Virus record (IMG/VR): IMGVR_UViG_3300045988_036843 | Location: 1-55,665 of that record | DNA from: a virus | Reading direction: 5' to 3' (one strand) | Length of the DNA stretch: 55,665 nucleotides | Shown here: positions 1 through 8,101 of the stretch, piece by piece | Position numbering within the stretch: the first letter of the stretch is position 1 | Layout: each line of letters starts with the position of its first letter | Position numbers and translations under genes: made by a program | Notes under the pieces: generated by a model | The model's input: only the letters and a program-made list of their open reading frames with translations | The model's database searches: none | Told to the model about the DNA's origin: nothing

Positions 1-119
1 AGTGGTTAGAGAACATCTAGCCGCTGGCTTTTGTGTTTACGGAACTATGAATCGGCAATCAGTGAATTTGTTTCCATCAAAATCACCGACGAATGTAACG
101 GTCTGGCCGGGAGAAAGCC
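1..119. repeat. Direct terminal repeat, left copy (identical to 55547..55665)
   Basis: Read by eye: agtggttagagaac...ggccgggagaaagcc occurs at both contig ends. It contains the 3' end of CDS 37..747 and half of a terminator. Confidence 0.95.
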
Positions 120-747
120 TAGAAATTTTGTCTTTTTCGTTTTCCGGGAATCCAGCCATATAAACTGTATACCCGATGCTATGCGATGTAACAAAGTTAA
201 CGCTGAACATAACGGTATAGGGATTGTTCGTTTTAACCATCATATCAGAAACACTATTAACTTGATACGTTACCTTATATTGCTTTCCTGCATATTTGTC
301 TTTTACTTTTACAGCATTGTCCGCAGCTTGCTTCGCATAATCATCCAAATCGAGAATAGGAATATCATCGTCCGGGTTATGCGAAGAAGCACTGGATGCC
401 AACTTCTCACTGCTTGCAGGTTCAGAGCTTACAGGCAGTTCAGTTTCGGACGTCGCTTCTTGAGATGCAGGAACGCTACTTACTGAGCTTTCGGCAATTT
501 CCTCAATAGAGCTGCCATCTGGTTCCGTTGCCGTAGACTCGACGGAAGAAGATGCAACACTAGAGCTTGTCTGTTCATCATGTGACGGTTCTGGTGTTAC
601 AGCCAAACATATAACAAGAACTGCAAACGATACAAAGAAAGCAATTAGTATCCGATTGTTTTTTCTATGCGTTGCTTTGTTATAAAGGCACAGTGCTCCA
701 AACACAGGCGTTGCAACAAGAGCAATCATTCCAAATAAGGCATACAT
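37..747 (-). CDS. Membrane-anchored protein with C-terminal OB-fold (tRNA_anti-like) domain
   Basis: ORF track 37..822. Start moved to ATG 747 (MYALFGM) behind a GAGAGGCGG RBS. N-terminal TM helices, a Ser/Glu-rich linker, and a C-terminus (KYAGKQYKVTYQV...GQTVTFVGDFDG) that resembles tRNA_anti-like OB-fold lipoproteins. Confidence 0.6.
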   Translation of the reverse strand: MYALFGMIALVATPVFGALCLYNKATHRKNNRILIAFFVSFAVLVICLAVTPEPSHDEQTSSSVASSSVESTATEPDGSSIEEIAESSVSSVPASQEATSETELPVSSEPASSEKLASSASSHNPDDDIPILDLDDYAKQAADNAVKVKDKYAGKQYKVTYQVNSVSDMMVKTNNPYTVMFSVNFVTSHSIGYTVYMAGFPENEKDKISRLSPGQTVTFVGDFDGNKFTDCRFIVP

Positions 748-763
748 TTTATAATTCCGCCTC

Positions 764-1372
764 TCATTCAACAGGAGTAAACAAGACTTGCGTTTCAAGT
801 GACAGCTGAATATTGTAACCATCCTCTACAGTTACTCTTTGTTTTTCGCCTGTTTTTGAAAACCTCAACACAGATTTTACATCATCCGAGTTATCATTAT
901 TCACCACAAAAACAGTAGCCATCTTCTCTCCACCCTTGTTTTCTACGGTGTATTCACCAGCAGGAATCAAATAACGTGTGTAGGTATATTGTCCATAAGT
1001 CTGGCTTGGAATAGTAACCTCTTCACCATATTTTCCAAGTGCTCCATCAACCAGCATAAAAGAATTATCTTCTTTTACAGTTTCAGAAGAAGCAACAACA
1101 GACCATGCGGCTGTTTCACTCTGGCTTTCCACAGAGGATGTAACAGAAGATGTCGGTTCTTCACTTTCAGGATTAGCCGTAACATTCGTTCTTTCTCGTG
1201 GATTCATAAGGTCTTGGATAAAAGATATAACAATCAAGGCTATAAGGGTTTTGAACCACAGCCGCTTATAAGCTGGCTTTGGCGGTGTATTCTCTCCACC
1301 ACACTGCGGACAGGTTTTAGCGGTAGCCGCTATCCTTGCGCCGCAGTGTTTACACTTTACGAGTTTTGCCAT
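764..1372 (-). CDS. Zinc-ribbon / TM-anchored protein with beta-rich C-terminal domain
   Basis: ORF track 764..1408. Start at ATG 1372 (MAKLVKCKHCG...CPQCG) behind an AAAGGGG RBS. CxxC...CxxC motif, one TM helix, Ser/Thr-rich linker. Confidence 0.6.
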   Translation of the reverse strand: MAKLVKCKHCGARIAATAKTCPQCGGENTPPKPAYKRLWFKTLIALIVISFIQDLMNPRERTNVTANPESEEPTSSVTSSVESQSETAAWSVVASSETVKEDNSFMLVDGALGKYGEEVTIPSQTYGQYTYTRYLIPAGEYTVENKGGEKMATVFVVNNDNSDDVKSVLRFSKTGEKQRVTVEDGYNIQLSLETQVLFTPVE

Positions 1373-1788
1373 TTTACAACGCCCCTTTCTTACGGTCAAG
1401 TATAGCACAGATTAGACCGGGAGAGGGGTCTTTTTGTATTTTTCGGAAAATTTGGAGACTTGCACAATCGGATGGGTGCCGTTTTGTGAAGGTGGGGCGG
1501 GTGTTGGCAAAGAAAGTGCCTTTTTTATTTTGGTCGGAGAAGACGAGGCTCACCACCCCCACCCGGGCCTCCGGCCCCATTCCCCCCAGGTGGAGACCCC
1601 AGCCCCAGCGCACCCGGACAGACTGCACATCACAGGCAGCAGGGCAGGCCGTGCCAGAAGCAAGGCAGACCATGCAAGGCAAGGCGCGCACGCTGCACCG
1701 GGTAGATCGTACCAGCGGCGGACGCTGGAGTCTGGCAACGTGTCCGAAACTGTGCAGATTTGGACACAGCACAACAGCGCATAAACGC

Positions 1789-1885
1789 AAACACTAAAAA
1801 GTGTGTAATGTTGCGTGTGCAACTTGACATGAACACTAAAAAGTGCTATTATAATGTCAGAAACAAACGAACACTAAAAAGTGTT
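1789..1885 (+). promoter_or_regulatory. Three copies of operator AACACTAAAAAGTG(T/C) (inverted repeat AACACT-N4-AGTGTT)
   Basis: Copies at 1789-1805, 1832-1846 and 1870-1885. The same motif occurs twice at 53636-53674 on the other strand. Confidence 0.7.
1824..1852 (+). promoter_or_regulatory. Sigma-70-type promoter, TTGACA-17 nt-TATTAT, with an operator in the spacer
   Basis: TTGACA 1824-1829, 17-nt spacer tgAACACTAAAAAGTgc, TATTAT 1847-1852. Sits 64 nt upstream of ATG 1916. Confidence 0.65.
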
Positions 1886-1915
1886 ACACCACCACAAAAC
1901 AGGAGGACAAAAACC

Positions 1916-2239
1916 ATGAAAAGAACCTCTAATATGACTTACCACGAAACAGACGAGAGTAGAGAGCTTGAATTGTACACCACTAACAACGGCGATCTGT
2001 ACCGCCAAATGATAACACCCATTATTAACAGCTTGCGCAAAAAGTACCAGCGCGAAACCTATGACTCAGACAAGGCTGTTAACCTCTGGTATAACGTAGC
2101 TACTGAGGGGGCAAAACGATATAACAAAGAGTTTGGCAGCGACAGCCAATGGAACCGCCTGTTTAACGTCCAGTGCCGCTATACTGTGGCGGTCAACCTT
2201 GAGAGCTACTATAAAGAGGAGGTTAAGTATAATGCTTGA
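1916..2239 (+). CDS. Hypothetical protein (107 aa)
   Basis: ORF track 1760..2239. Start at ATG 1916 behind an AGGAGG RBS (1901-1906). No family recognised. Confidence 0.65.
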   Translation: MKRTSNMTYHETDESRELELYTTNNGDLYRQMITPIINSLRKKYQRETYDSDKAVNLWYNVATEGAKRYNKEFGSDSQWNRLFNVQCRYTVAVNLESYYKEEVKYNA

Positions 2240-2321
2240 TGCAACTCAAATTTACGCCCTCTGGTACGTGGGCGGCATGATCTCCGGTGCACTGGTTATG
2301 ATTGCATTTCTCAACAGCTAA
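2232..2321 (+). CDS. Small hydrophobic peptide (29 aa, one TM)
   Basis: ORF track 2133..2321. ATG 2232 behind a GAGGAGG RBS, overlapping the upstream stop. Sequence MLDATQIYALWYVGGMISGALVMIAFLNS. Confidence 0.4.
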   Translation: MLDATQIYALWYVGGMISGALVMIAFLNS

Positions 2322-2337
2322 TAAGGAGGGCGAATCG

Positions 2338-2670
2338 ATGAAATATCATAAAATCAGAGGGGTGGACAAATCCACCTGCACAGCGGAGCAGAAAATCGCC
2401 TATAACTGTGCATTCCTTATTTTTGAGGACTGCCGTTATAACTGGCCGGAAAATAAGGATAAAGCCCGAAGCGTCCTTGCATATCACGAAACAAGGGCCA
2501 TTACAGAACAGATTGAACGGCTTGCAAAATCTGGATGTAAGTATAACCTAGACGCTGTGCAGTGCGCGTTAAACGCTGGCCTGCATAATTATATCTTTGG
2601 CAAGTATCACATCCTAACAAGCTATCACGATATTGGGGCAGCGTTCCCCGCAAATTATATGGAGGGCTAA
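2338..2670 (+). CDS. Hypothetical protein (110 aa)
   Basis: ORF track 2302..2670. ATG 2338 behind an AAGGAGGG RBS. Confidence 0.6.
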   Translation: MKYHKIRGVDKSTCTAEQKIAYNCAFLIFEDCRYNWPENKDKARSVLAYHETRAITEQIERLAKSGCKYNLDAVQCALNAGLHNYIFGKYHILTSYHDIGAAFPANYMEG

Positions 2671-2674
2671 AAAA

Positions 2675-2938
2675 ATGACGACGTTTGAAGAAAAAGTGAA
2701 CGCATACCGCGAAAACAAGCGGCTCATTGAAGAGCTTGAAGCAATGAACGACGCTGTAAAGGCTGAAATTATTGACATGATGCACGGCGCGCCCGAAATG
2801 GTACAGGGCACTGCAAAGGCCATTTACAAGGACGTTTCTTCTGTCCGACTTGATAGCAAGCTTTTACAGGCCGCGCACCCGGATATCTATGCTGAGTGCA
2901 GCAAGCGCACCACATACAAGCGGTTTAGCGTGGTATGA
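2675..2938 (+). CDS. Hypothetical coiled-coil protein (87 aa)
   Basis: ORF track 2633..2938. ATG 2675 behind a GGAGGG RBS. The N-terminal coiled coil and C-terminal KRTTYKRFSVV resemble small proteins common in Firmicutes mobile elements. Confidence 0.6.
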   Translation: MTTFEEKVNAYRENKRLIEELEAMNDAVKAEIIDMMHGAPEMVQGTAKAIYKDVSSVRLDSKLLQAAHPDIYAECSKRTTYKRFSVV

Positions 2939-3028
2939 GGGGGTGCGACAAGTGATATTTTCTTGCATTCTGTTCTTCTTCTGGTTCTTCTCTGCGCTCT
3001 TTAAGGCCAGCAAATAAGAATCATTCCA

Positions 3029-3058
3029 CCCGGTCAGAAATGGCCGGGCTTTTCTTTT
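3029..3058 (+). terminator. Rho-independent terminator of the 1916-2938 operon
   Basis: CCCGGTCA-GAAA-TGGCCGGG hairpin (one mismatch) followed by CTTTTCTTTT. Confidence 0.6.
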
Positions 3059-3841
3059 GCCTTGCATCTGCTGAGGGTGCAGGGCTTTTATTTTTGTCCT
3101 GCTACAATACAGCCCAATACAAGCGTTTACGGCACGTTTTACGCCGTTAATGCAGTTATACATCCCCGCCACAAAACAGCACACAGGGCTTTACAGGCGC
3201 TTTTCCGGCTATTTGCCGCATTTTACCGACACTATTATATATATGTGTATCCGACTGGACTGCACCACCTGCCCCACGTTGGAGCGTATCACAGCGCCGC
3301 AGCACCTCCAGCACATACAAGATACCAGCACCACGCCGGACACTGTACAGGTCAACGCAGCCGCCTATTATAATAAGGTATATAAGGGTGCAGCGGTGCG
3401 CCGCTATTATAGATCCATGCCAGACAGTGCAGCACATCGCAGACCATGCAAGCCCGGCGGCTTGCAGTCTGGCAGCGGAGCAGTCCAGCGTCATGGGCGC
3501 GGCGGGCGGCGCGGAACCATTGACGGCTACCGCCGTATCTCTTTTCGGGCTTTCGCCCGATAGCTAATAGATGTCAGCAATAGTCGCAGCGTTCCGGCTG
3601 GAATAGTCGTAATATCTTCTGGAATAGTCGTAGTTTCTCCGATAAAATAGTCGTAGAATAGTCGTAAAGTCGTCAGACGGCTAGCTTTTGAAAGTCCTAT
3701 ATATAGTATAGTAGCGAACAGTCCGCTGATAGTCGTAAAGTAATAGTCGTAGCGTTTTCTTGCGAACCATCGTCAAATAGTCGTGTGTTTTTTGTGTGAA
3801 ATAGTCGTTCGCCTTTTAGGAAAAGAGAGGTGCGATAGTCG

Positions 3842-4140
3842 CTAAGTCATCCAACCATTCCAAAAATCACCTCTCGTTCCAATTTCGCATAATATATTCT
3901 TCCGCTAGTTATATCTATTTCGTATAATAACCGTACTTATTATAGTATACAGATATAGTTGCTCCCGATAATTACAGATTATTTCGTATAATAACTCGCA
4001 CCATCCAATTCGGTCTGCTCCTCCTCGATTTAATTCCCAGTAATGCACTATGGTATCTTGCTCAATTCATAGTATTATACCAGGAATAGCCAATGCAACA
4101 TTTGTGCATATTCAACCGACAACAAAACAAAGTCAATTCT
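3842..4140. other. AT-rich block inside the iteron field (possible DNA unwinding element)
   Basis: Visibly AT-rich. Contains a direct repeat ATTTCGTATAATAAC x2 (about 3917 and 3981) and TATAGTATA-like motifs. Confidence 0.45.
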
Positions 4141-4348
4141 CCATGTGAAATAGTCGTAGACCGTCCACCAGTCCGAATCTCACGCCAGTTCTTGCCTTCG
4201 GCCTGCTCTGCTGGCTAACGGTGTAGCTTTTGGAGATAGAGGGTTGTAGGGGGAAAGAACCTTTGCGAAAGCATTTTGTTGTAATTTTCAGTTGTTGCAG
4301 TTGTCGCACCATTTTGGCGTGGGGGCCTCAAACAATTTATTTGTTTGA

Positions 4349-4416
4349 GGGGGGAGTTAGGGGGATTATAGGGGGTAATAGGGGTTGTAGGGGAAAGAGG
4401 GGGAAGAAAAGGGGGG
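4349..4416 (+). repeat. Array of seven G4-G6 tracts with 5-7 nt loops (G-quadruplex-prone; TAGGGG-type repeats)
   Basis: G tracts at 4349-54, 4360-64, 4371-75, 4381-84, 4390-93, 4399-4403 and 4411-16. A further GTAGGGGG lies at 4246-4253. Confidence 0.8.
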
Positions 4417-4423
4417 AAGATTG

Positions 4424-4466
4424 GATGCAAACGCATCATGTGCATCCATTTGCATGCAAACGCATC
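4424..4466. repeat. Two copies of palindromic (G)ATGCAAACGCATC
   Basis: Copies at 4424-4437 and 4454-4466. Each is GATGC-AAAC-GCATC, with TGCATCC/TGCATGC motifs between them. Confidence 0.75.
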
Positions 4467-4981
4467 TTGCCGATAGTCGCAGTCATTCTTTGCTTCCGTC
4501 TCACTTTGCCCTCCGATTGGACGAATAGTCGTTGGCATCTGTGCATCTGGCTGCTATCATCGCTGGAAAGGCGCGTAGGAGCCTGTCTGCCGCGTTTTTC
4601 TGATTGACCCAATAACTTTCACGTCTGACCTTGAAAAGCCGTTCTCCACGCTCCTGCATCGGGCTGATTGCGCGGTCTGGTTTGAGATATACCATCAGCA
4701 TCAACGGAGAGCCGCCTACGAGCGTCTGTGGCGCGTTTTTGCAATGAAACAGATAAAGTTATCGTCCAGTACCTAAAACGCCTTAAAACAGGCTTTCTCT
4801 CGGAGTTGGCGAAAAAACGAAAAGAGCCACTATCGCCGGTAGCCCTTTTACGTCCGTTATTTCATTGATGAAAAATATTTGCGAGGTTCAGGCGGTAACT
4901 TTATCGCCCAGACCCTGTTATCTGTTTTTCTTGCCTATTCTACTGTGACGATACGAACACAGAAGAGATGCTAGGCTACTA

Positions 4982-5257
4982 TCACTCAATCGCTTCGTAT
5001 GTTTTCTCGAAAATGTCAGGTTTACACGGGTAGATTTCGCCATTTACGCCACGAATGATATAATCGCCAGCCCTCGCAACCATAGTCCCTTCAAGCGTTT
5101 TAATCTCGCACCACGCAGGGTCATTGTAAAACTTTCCGAAGTTATGCGTGATAATATCATTGCTACTTACTGCATCCCAGAACCAATCCGCTCCAACAAG
5201 TCCTCGTGCATTGATCTTGAATGCTTCGATAACAACTGGCTTCTTTCTGTATTTCAT
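4982..5257 (-). CDS. PGDYG-domain-like phage protein (91 aa)
   Basis: ORF track 4982..5368. ATG 5257 ([13 protein letters not shown]) behind a GAGGAG RBS. C-terminal [26 protein letters not shown]. Confidence 0.6.
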   Translation of the reverse strand: MKYRKKPVVIEAFKINARGLVGADWFWDAVSSNDIITHNFGKFYNDPAWCEIKTLEGTMVARAGDYIIRGVNGEIYPCKPDIFEKTYEAIE

Positions 5258-5273
5258 GTTTATTCTCCTCTCG

Positions 5274-6497
5274 TTACATCCACACACATTCTTTGAACTG
5301 CTGCGTTTCCATCTGGAACGTGATGTCCAGTGACCCCACGTTGCCCTCTTTGTTCTTCTCAAGCGCAAAGTGATAATGCTGCTCTGGTCGCTTTTTCGTG
5401 GTCACGTTCTGCGCCAGCAGGATGATTGCATCTGCGTCCTGCTCAATCTGTCCGCTCTCTCGTAGGTCTGCGGCAGTCGGTGGAATACCTGCTCTTGCAG
5501 TCTCTCGATTGAGCTGTGCAAGTGCTACCACCAGCGTTCCTGTGGACTGCGCGAACTCATGCAGTGCCATGCTGATCTCCGTGACAGCACTGTATCGGTC
5601 TTTCGCTCCGGCTTGATGGATAAGCTGCAAATAGTCGATGAACACTACTTTGGCTTGCATCCTGATAGACTGCGTTCTAATCCACCCAACGCTCTTACCA
5701 GCGGCAGAGCGGACAAACAGAGGATATTTCTTGATGGCTGCCAGCCGGTCAAGTTCGTCAATGCTGACAGTCTTGTTTTTGACCGTGTGCAGCGGTACGC
5801 CTAGCTGGTTTGCGATAATACGGGCATAGAGTGTGTCCGGGTCGGTCTCTAGGCTGAAATACGCCACTTTGCGTCCGTTCTTGGCTATTTCACAGGCAAG
5901 TTGCAGGGACAGAGCGGTTTTACCCGCAGACGGTCTGCCGCCGATCACAACGAAGTTGCCCGGCACAAGATGCAAGTTGTTATCCAGAACTCTAAGCCCT
6001 GTACTGATATACTCCGGCTTATCATCCAGCTTGCGAATGTAGTTGTCTATGCCATCGCACATTGGGATGAAATCGCTTCTCTCGTTGTGCAGGTTGATAG
6101 CTTCGCCTAGCTGCTCATAGATGCCTGTCAAGTCTGCGTATCTGGTCGAGTTATCAACGATTTTGAACGCAATCTCTCTGGCTCTAGACAACGCTGCCTG
6201 TTCTTTGACGATTCTAGCCCATCCAAGCATCATGTCATGGGTGACGTTGCGGATGAACTCTGCACCAAAGGCATCCAGGCATTCACCCATTGCTTTCTTG
6301 CAGTTATCGTACCGCCCCATGACTTCTACCGGGTTCCACTTGTCATTGTGTTCCCAATATCCGAGAATGGCAGCGAATGTATCATGCAGTTCAGGGCAGA
6401 AATCGTCGATTTTAAGGTCTTGCAGCACATCGGCGTATTCCGAGAACGTGAGGACTGCCCCCAGCAGGATGTATTGGGTCTGATTTTCAATATTCAC
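5274..6497 (-). CDS. dnaB: Replicative DNA helicase, DnaB family
   Basis: 407 aa. Walker [25 protein letters not shown], and a RecA-like C-terminal domain with LAQLNRE and [10 protein letters not shown]. Confidence 0.85.
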   Translation of the reverse strand: MNIENQTQYILLGAVLTFSEYADVLQDLKIDDFCPELHDTFAAILGYWEHNDKWNPVEVMGRYDNCKKAMGECLDAFGAEFIRNVTHDMMLGWARIVKEQAALSRAREIAFKIVDNSTRYADLTGIYEQLGEAINLHNERSDFIPMCDGIDNYIRKLDDKPEYISTGLRVLDNNLHLVPGNFVVIGGRPSAGKTALSLQLACEIAKNGRKVAYFSLETDPDTLYARIIANQLGVPLHTVKNKTVSIDELDRLAAIKKYPLFVRSAAGKSVGWIRTQSIRMQAKVVFIDYLQLIHQAGAKDRYSAVTEISMALHEFAQSTGTLVVALAQLNRETARAGIPPTAADLRESGQIEQDADAIILLAQNVTTKKRPEQHYHFALEKNKEGNVGSLDITFQMETQQFKECVWM

Positions 6498-7174
6498 CGC
6501 AGAAAGTCTCCCTCGTCAGGCAATTCAGCCATCGTCTGCTGATAGCCGCCGTTCCAGTCCTTCACGTTACGCATCCAGTTCCGTGCAGCAGCTTTCCAGT
6601 CCTTCATAGGCGACTTGCCGACCTTCCAACCATTTGCCGTAAAGTGGTCAACAAACCGCTCTGCTTCTGATTCCATGTAGCCCTTCTCGGAAAAGTATTC
6701 TTTGGCTTGTTCGATAGTCGGAGCTTTGAAGCGTTTGACTTCGTTGGTATTTTTCTTTTCACATTTTTCTTTTTTATCAGATTCAGATACAGAATCAGAT
6801 ACAGATAAGCTACCATTCGTATCAGTTGGTATGTTTGGTATACCATTTATACCATTCGTATCTTGTGATACTATTGGTATGCTTTCGTATTTTTTATCGT
6901 TCCAACGCTTATTTATATTTTTCTTGTTTGCTTCTCGTCTACGCTTATCACGTTCTTCCATCTTCTGCACGTTCATATCATCAAACGCCTTAACAACTTT
7001 CCAGAGCATCCGCATAGCACGGTCGTTGTCGTATGATGGCTCAAGTCCAGTCTCAACATACTGTGCATAGTTGCGGATGAATGCTCCAAATTCCTCGTCT
7101 GTCAGCTCGTCCATCGCATGGACGTGTTCCAGCAGAAGAATCATTGATGTTCTCGGCTTGTGTTCCTGCTCCAT
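6494..7174 (-). CDS. Phage replisome organizer / replication initiation-like protein
   Basis: ORF track 6494..7204. ATG 7174. The N-terminal helical domain and the C-terminal EQAKEYFSEKGY...FVDHFTANGWKVGKSPMKDWKAAARNW are typical of phage DnaD/organizer-like proteins. Overlaps the helicase start. Confidence 0.5.
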   Translation of the reverse strand: MEQEHKPRTSMILLLEHVHAMDELTDEEFGAFIRNYAQYVETGLEPSYDNDRAMRMLWKVVKAFDDMNVQKMEERDKRRREANKKNINKRWNDKKYESIPIVSQDTNGINGIPNIPTDTNGSLSVSDSVSESDKKEKCEKKNTNEVKRFKAPTIEQAKEYFSEKGYMESEAERFVDHFTANGWKVGKSPMKDWKAAARNWMRNVKDWNGGYQQTMAELPDEGDFLR

Positions 7175-7176
7175 AC

Positions 7177-7422
7177 TTAATCCTCTTTGTAGCGTTTGTT
7201 CCACGCTTCGATAGCGTCTTTGCGTCCATCGTGGATAATTTCAATCTCTCCACTATCGTTCATTTTGAACTCGATTTGATAGCATCTATCAGGAATTGTG
7301 GCTTTGCATTTAGAGCATCGGATATTAAATTCATACCCTCGCAGAAGGTTGCATGAAGATGCGGTATTAATGGAAAATACAGCTTTTCCACCGCAGAACG
7401 GACATCTCTTAAGTTCTTCCAT
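7177..7422 (-). CDS. lar: Lar-family restriction alleviation-like protein
   Basis: 81 aa. LKRCPFCGG...CSKC...AIEAWNKR matches the Lar_restr_allev pattern. Confidence 0.55.
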   Translation of the reverse strand: MEELKRCPFCGGKAVFSINTASSCNLLRGYEFNIRCSKCKATIPDRCYQIEFKMNDSGEIEIIHDGRKDAIEAWNKRYKED

Positions 7423-7434
7423 CTTTAATTCTCC

Positions 7435-7710
7435 TCAAAACTGGCACTTAGATTCACGCAGCCAGCCTTCGCCCGGAATGTTGACTATCTCATAATACTG
7501 CCGTGCAACGTAGATTGTTTTCTGCCCATCCTCAGCAATCAGGCCTACGATCAGATAGTTGCCAGCAGCCATAAAGAACCAAGGGTTGCTCTTGTAGGTC
7601 TCGCCCTTCATCCAGTTCTTCATCCTGTTTACGGCTTTTTCAATATCCTTATCAGGGCAGTCCGGGTTTTCGTATGCAAAGAAATCCTCAGGAAATTTAA
7701 GCTTTTTCAC
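7435..7710 (-). CDS. Hypothetical protein (91 aa)
   Basis: ORF in the operon, tightly packed with its neighbours. Confidence 0.55.
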   Translation of the reverse strand: MKKLKFPEDFFAYENPDCPDKDIEKAVNRMKNWMKGETYKSNPWFFMAAGNYLIVGLIAEDGQKTIYVARQYYEIVNIPGEGWLRESKCQF

Positions 7711-7883
7711 TTTCTAAATCCCTCTCTCGTTCTCGTGATTCGCTTATGCGCCTTTACAGATCTTTCGCCTTTGCCATACGCTGGGCGAATATGTTTTGCC
7801 TTGATGTACCCGCAAGGTGGCTTCGGCCCAAAATCAAAAAAGCTCAAGTCCATAATGATGATACCAAACTTCTTGTTCGTCAT
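7707..7883 (-). CDS. Hypothetical protein (58 aa)
   Basis: ORF track 7707..7976. ATG 7883 (MTNKKFG) behind an AAAGGAGG RBS. Confidence 0.45.
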   Translation of the reverse strand: MTNKKFGIIIMDLSFFDFGPKPPCGYIKAKHIRPAYGKGERSVKAHKRITRTREGFRK

Positions 7884-7885
7884 AC

Positions 7886-8092
7886 TCAAGCCTCCTTTGG
7901 CGGTTGAGGAAGGGGCATCCAGTGCGTAATTTTGAATGCACTGGCGTAAGGCTCCATAGTCGGATAGCACCAGCATCCTCCATCAAAGTTCATTACTCGC
8001 ATAACACCCATAGAATTTATTGTCAGCACATCTTTAGATTCGCCGTATTCAGCATTGGGAAGTTTATTTTTTACGCTAATCCATTCATTCAT
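7886..8092 (-). CDS. DUF551-like protein (intact paralog)
   Basis: MNEWISVKNKLP...ITHWMPLPQPPKEA has the typical DUF551 N- and C-terminal signatures. Confidence 0.7.
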   Translation of the reverse strand: MNEWISVKNKLPNAEYGESKDVLTINSMGVMRVMNFDGGCWCYPTMEPYASAFKITHWMPLPQPPKEA

Positions 8093-8101
8093 AACATCAC
8101 C

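Larger units (their letters stand above)
3580..4531 (+). repeat. Iteron field: at least 13 same-orientation copies of (R)ATAGTCG(T/C); putative replication origin
   Basis: ATAGTCG starts at 3580, 3603, 3624, 3647, 3658, 3729, 3743, 3777, 3801, 3835, 4150, 4473 and 4525. No credible ORF here. Lies next to the helicase/organizer genes. Confidence 0.65.

Noticed and set aside
1336-1836. Five overlapping ORFs (68-153 aa) in the GC-rich island
   Set aside because: They overlap one another on both strands, their translations are Pro/Arg/Gly/Ala-rich, there is no RBS, and the region carries operator and promoter elements. They were treated as non-coding.
2864-3563. ORFs 2864..3184(-), 3062..3373(+), 3150..3563(+) and 3156..3494(-)
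   Set aside because: They overlap one another, have no convincing RBS or motif, and one spans the terminator hairpin at 3029-3058. Coding status is undecided, so they were not annotated.
3580-4531. Possible CRISPR array, given the many short repeats
   Set aside because: The repeat unit is only ~9 bp, the spacing is irregular (11-71 bp), the copies are not separated by unique spacers of constant length, and there are no cas genes. An iteron field is the better reading.
4215-4704. ORFs 4215..4538(-), 4230..4607(+) and 4501..4704(-)
   Set aside because: They run through the G-tract array, palindromes and iterons, and their Pro- or Gly-rich translations are artefacts of the repeats.
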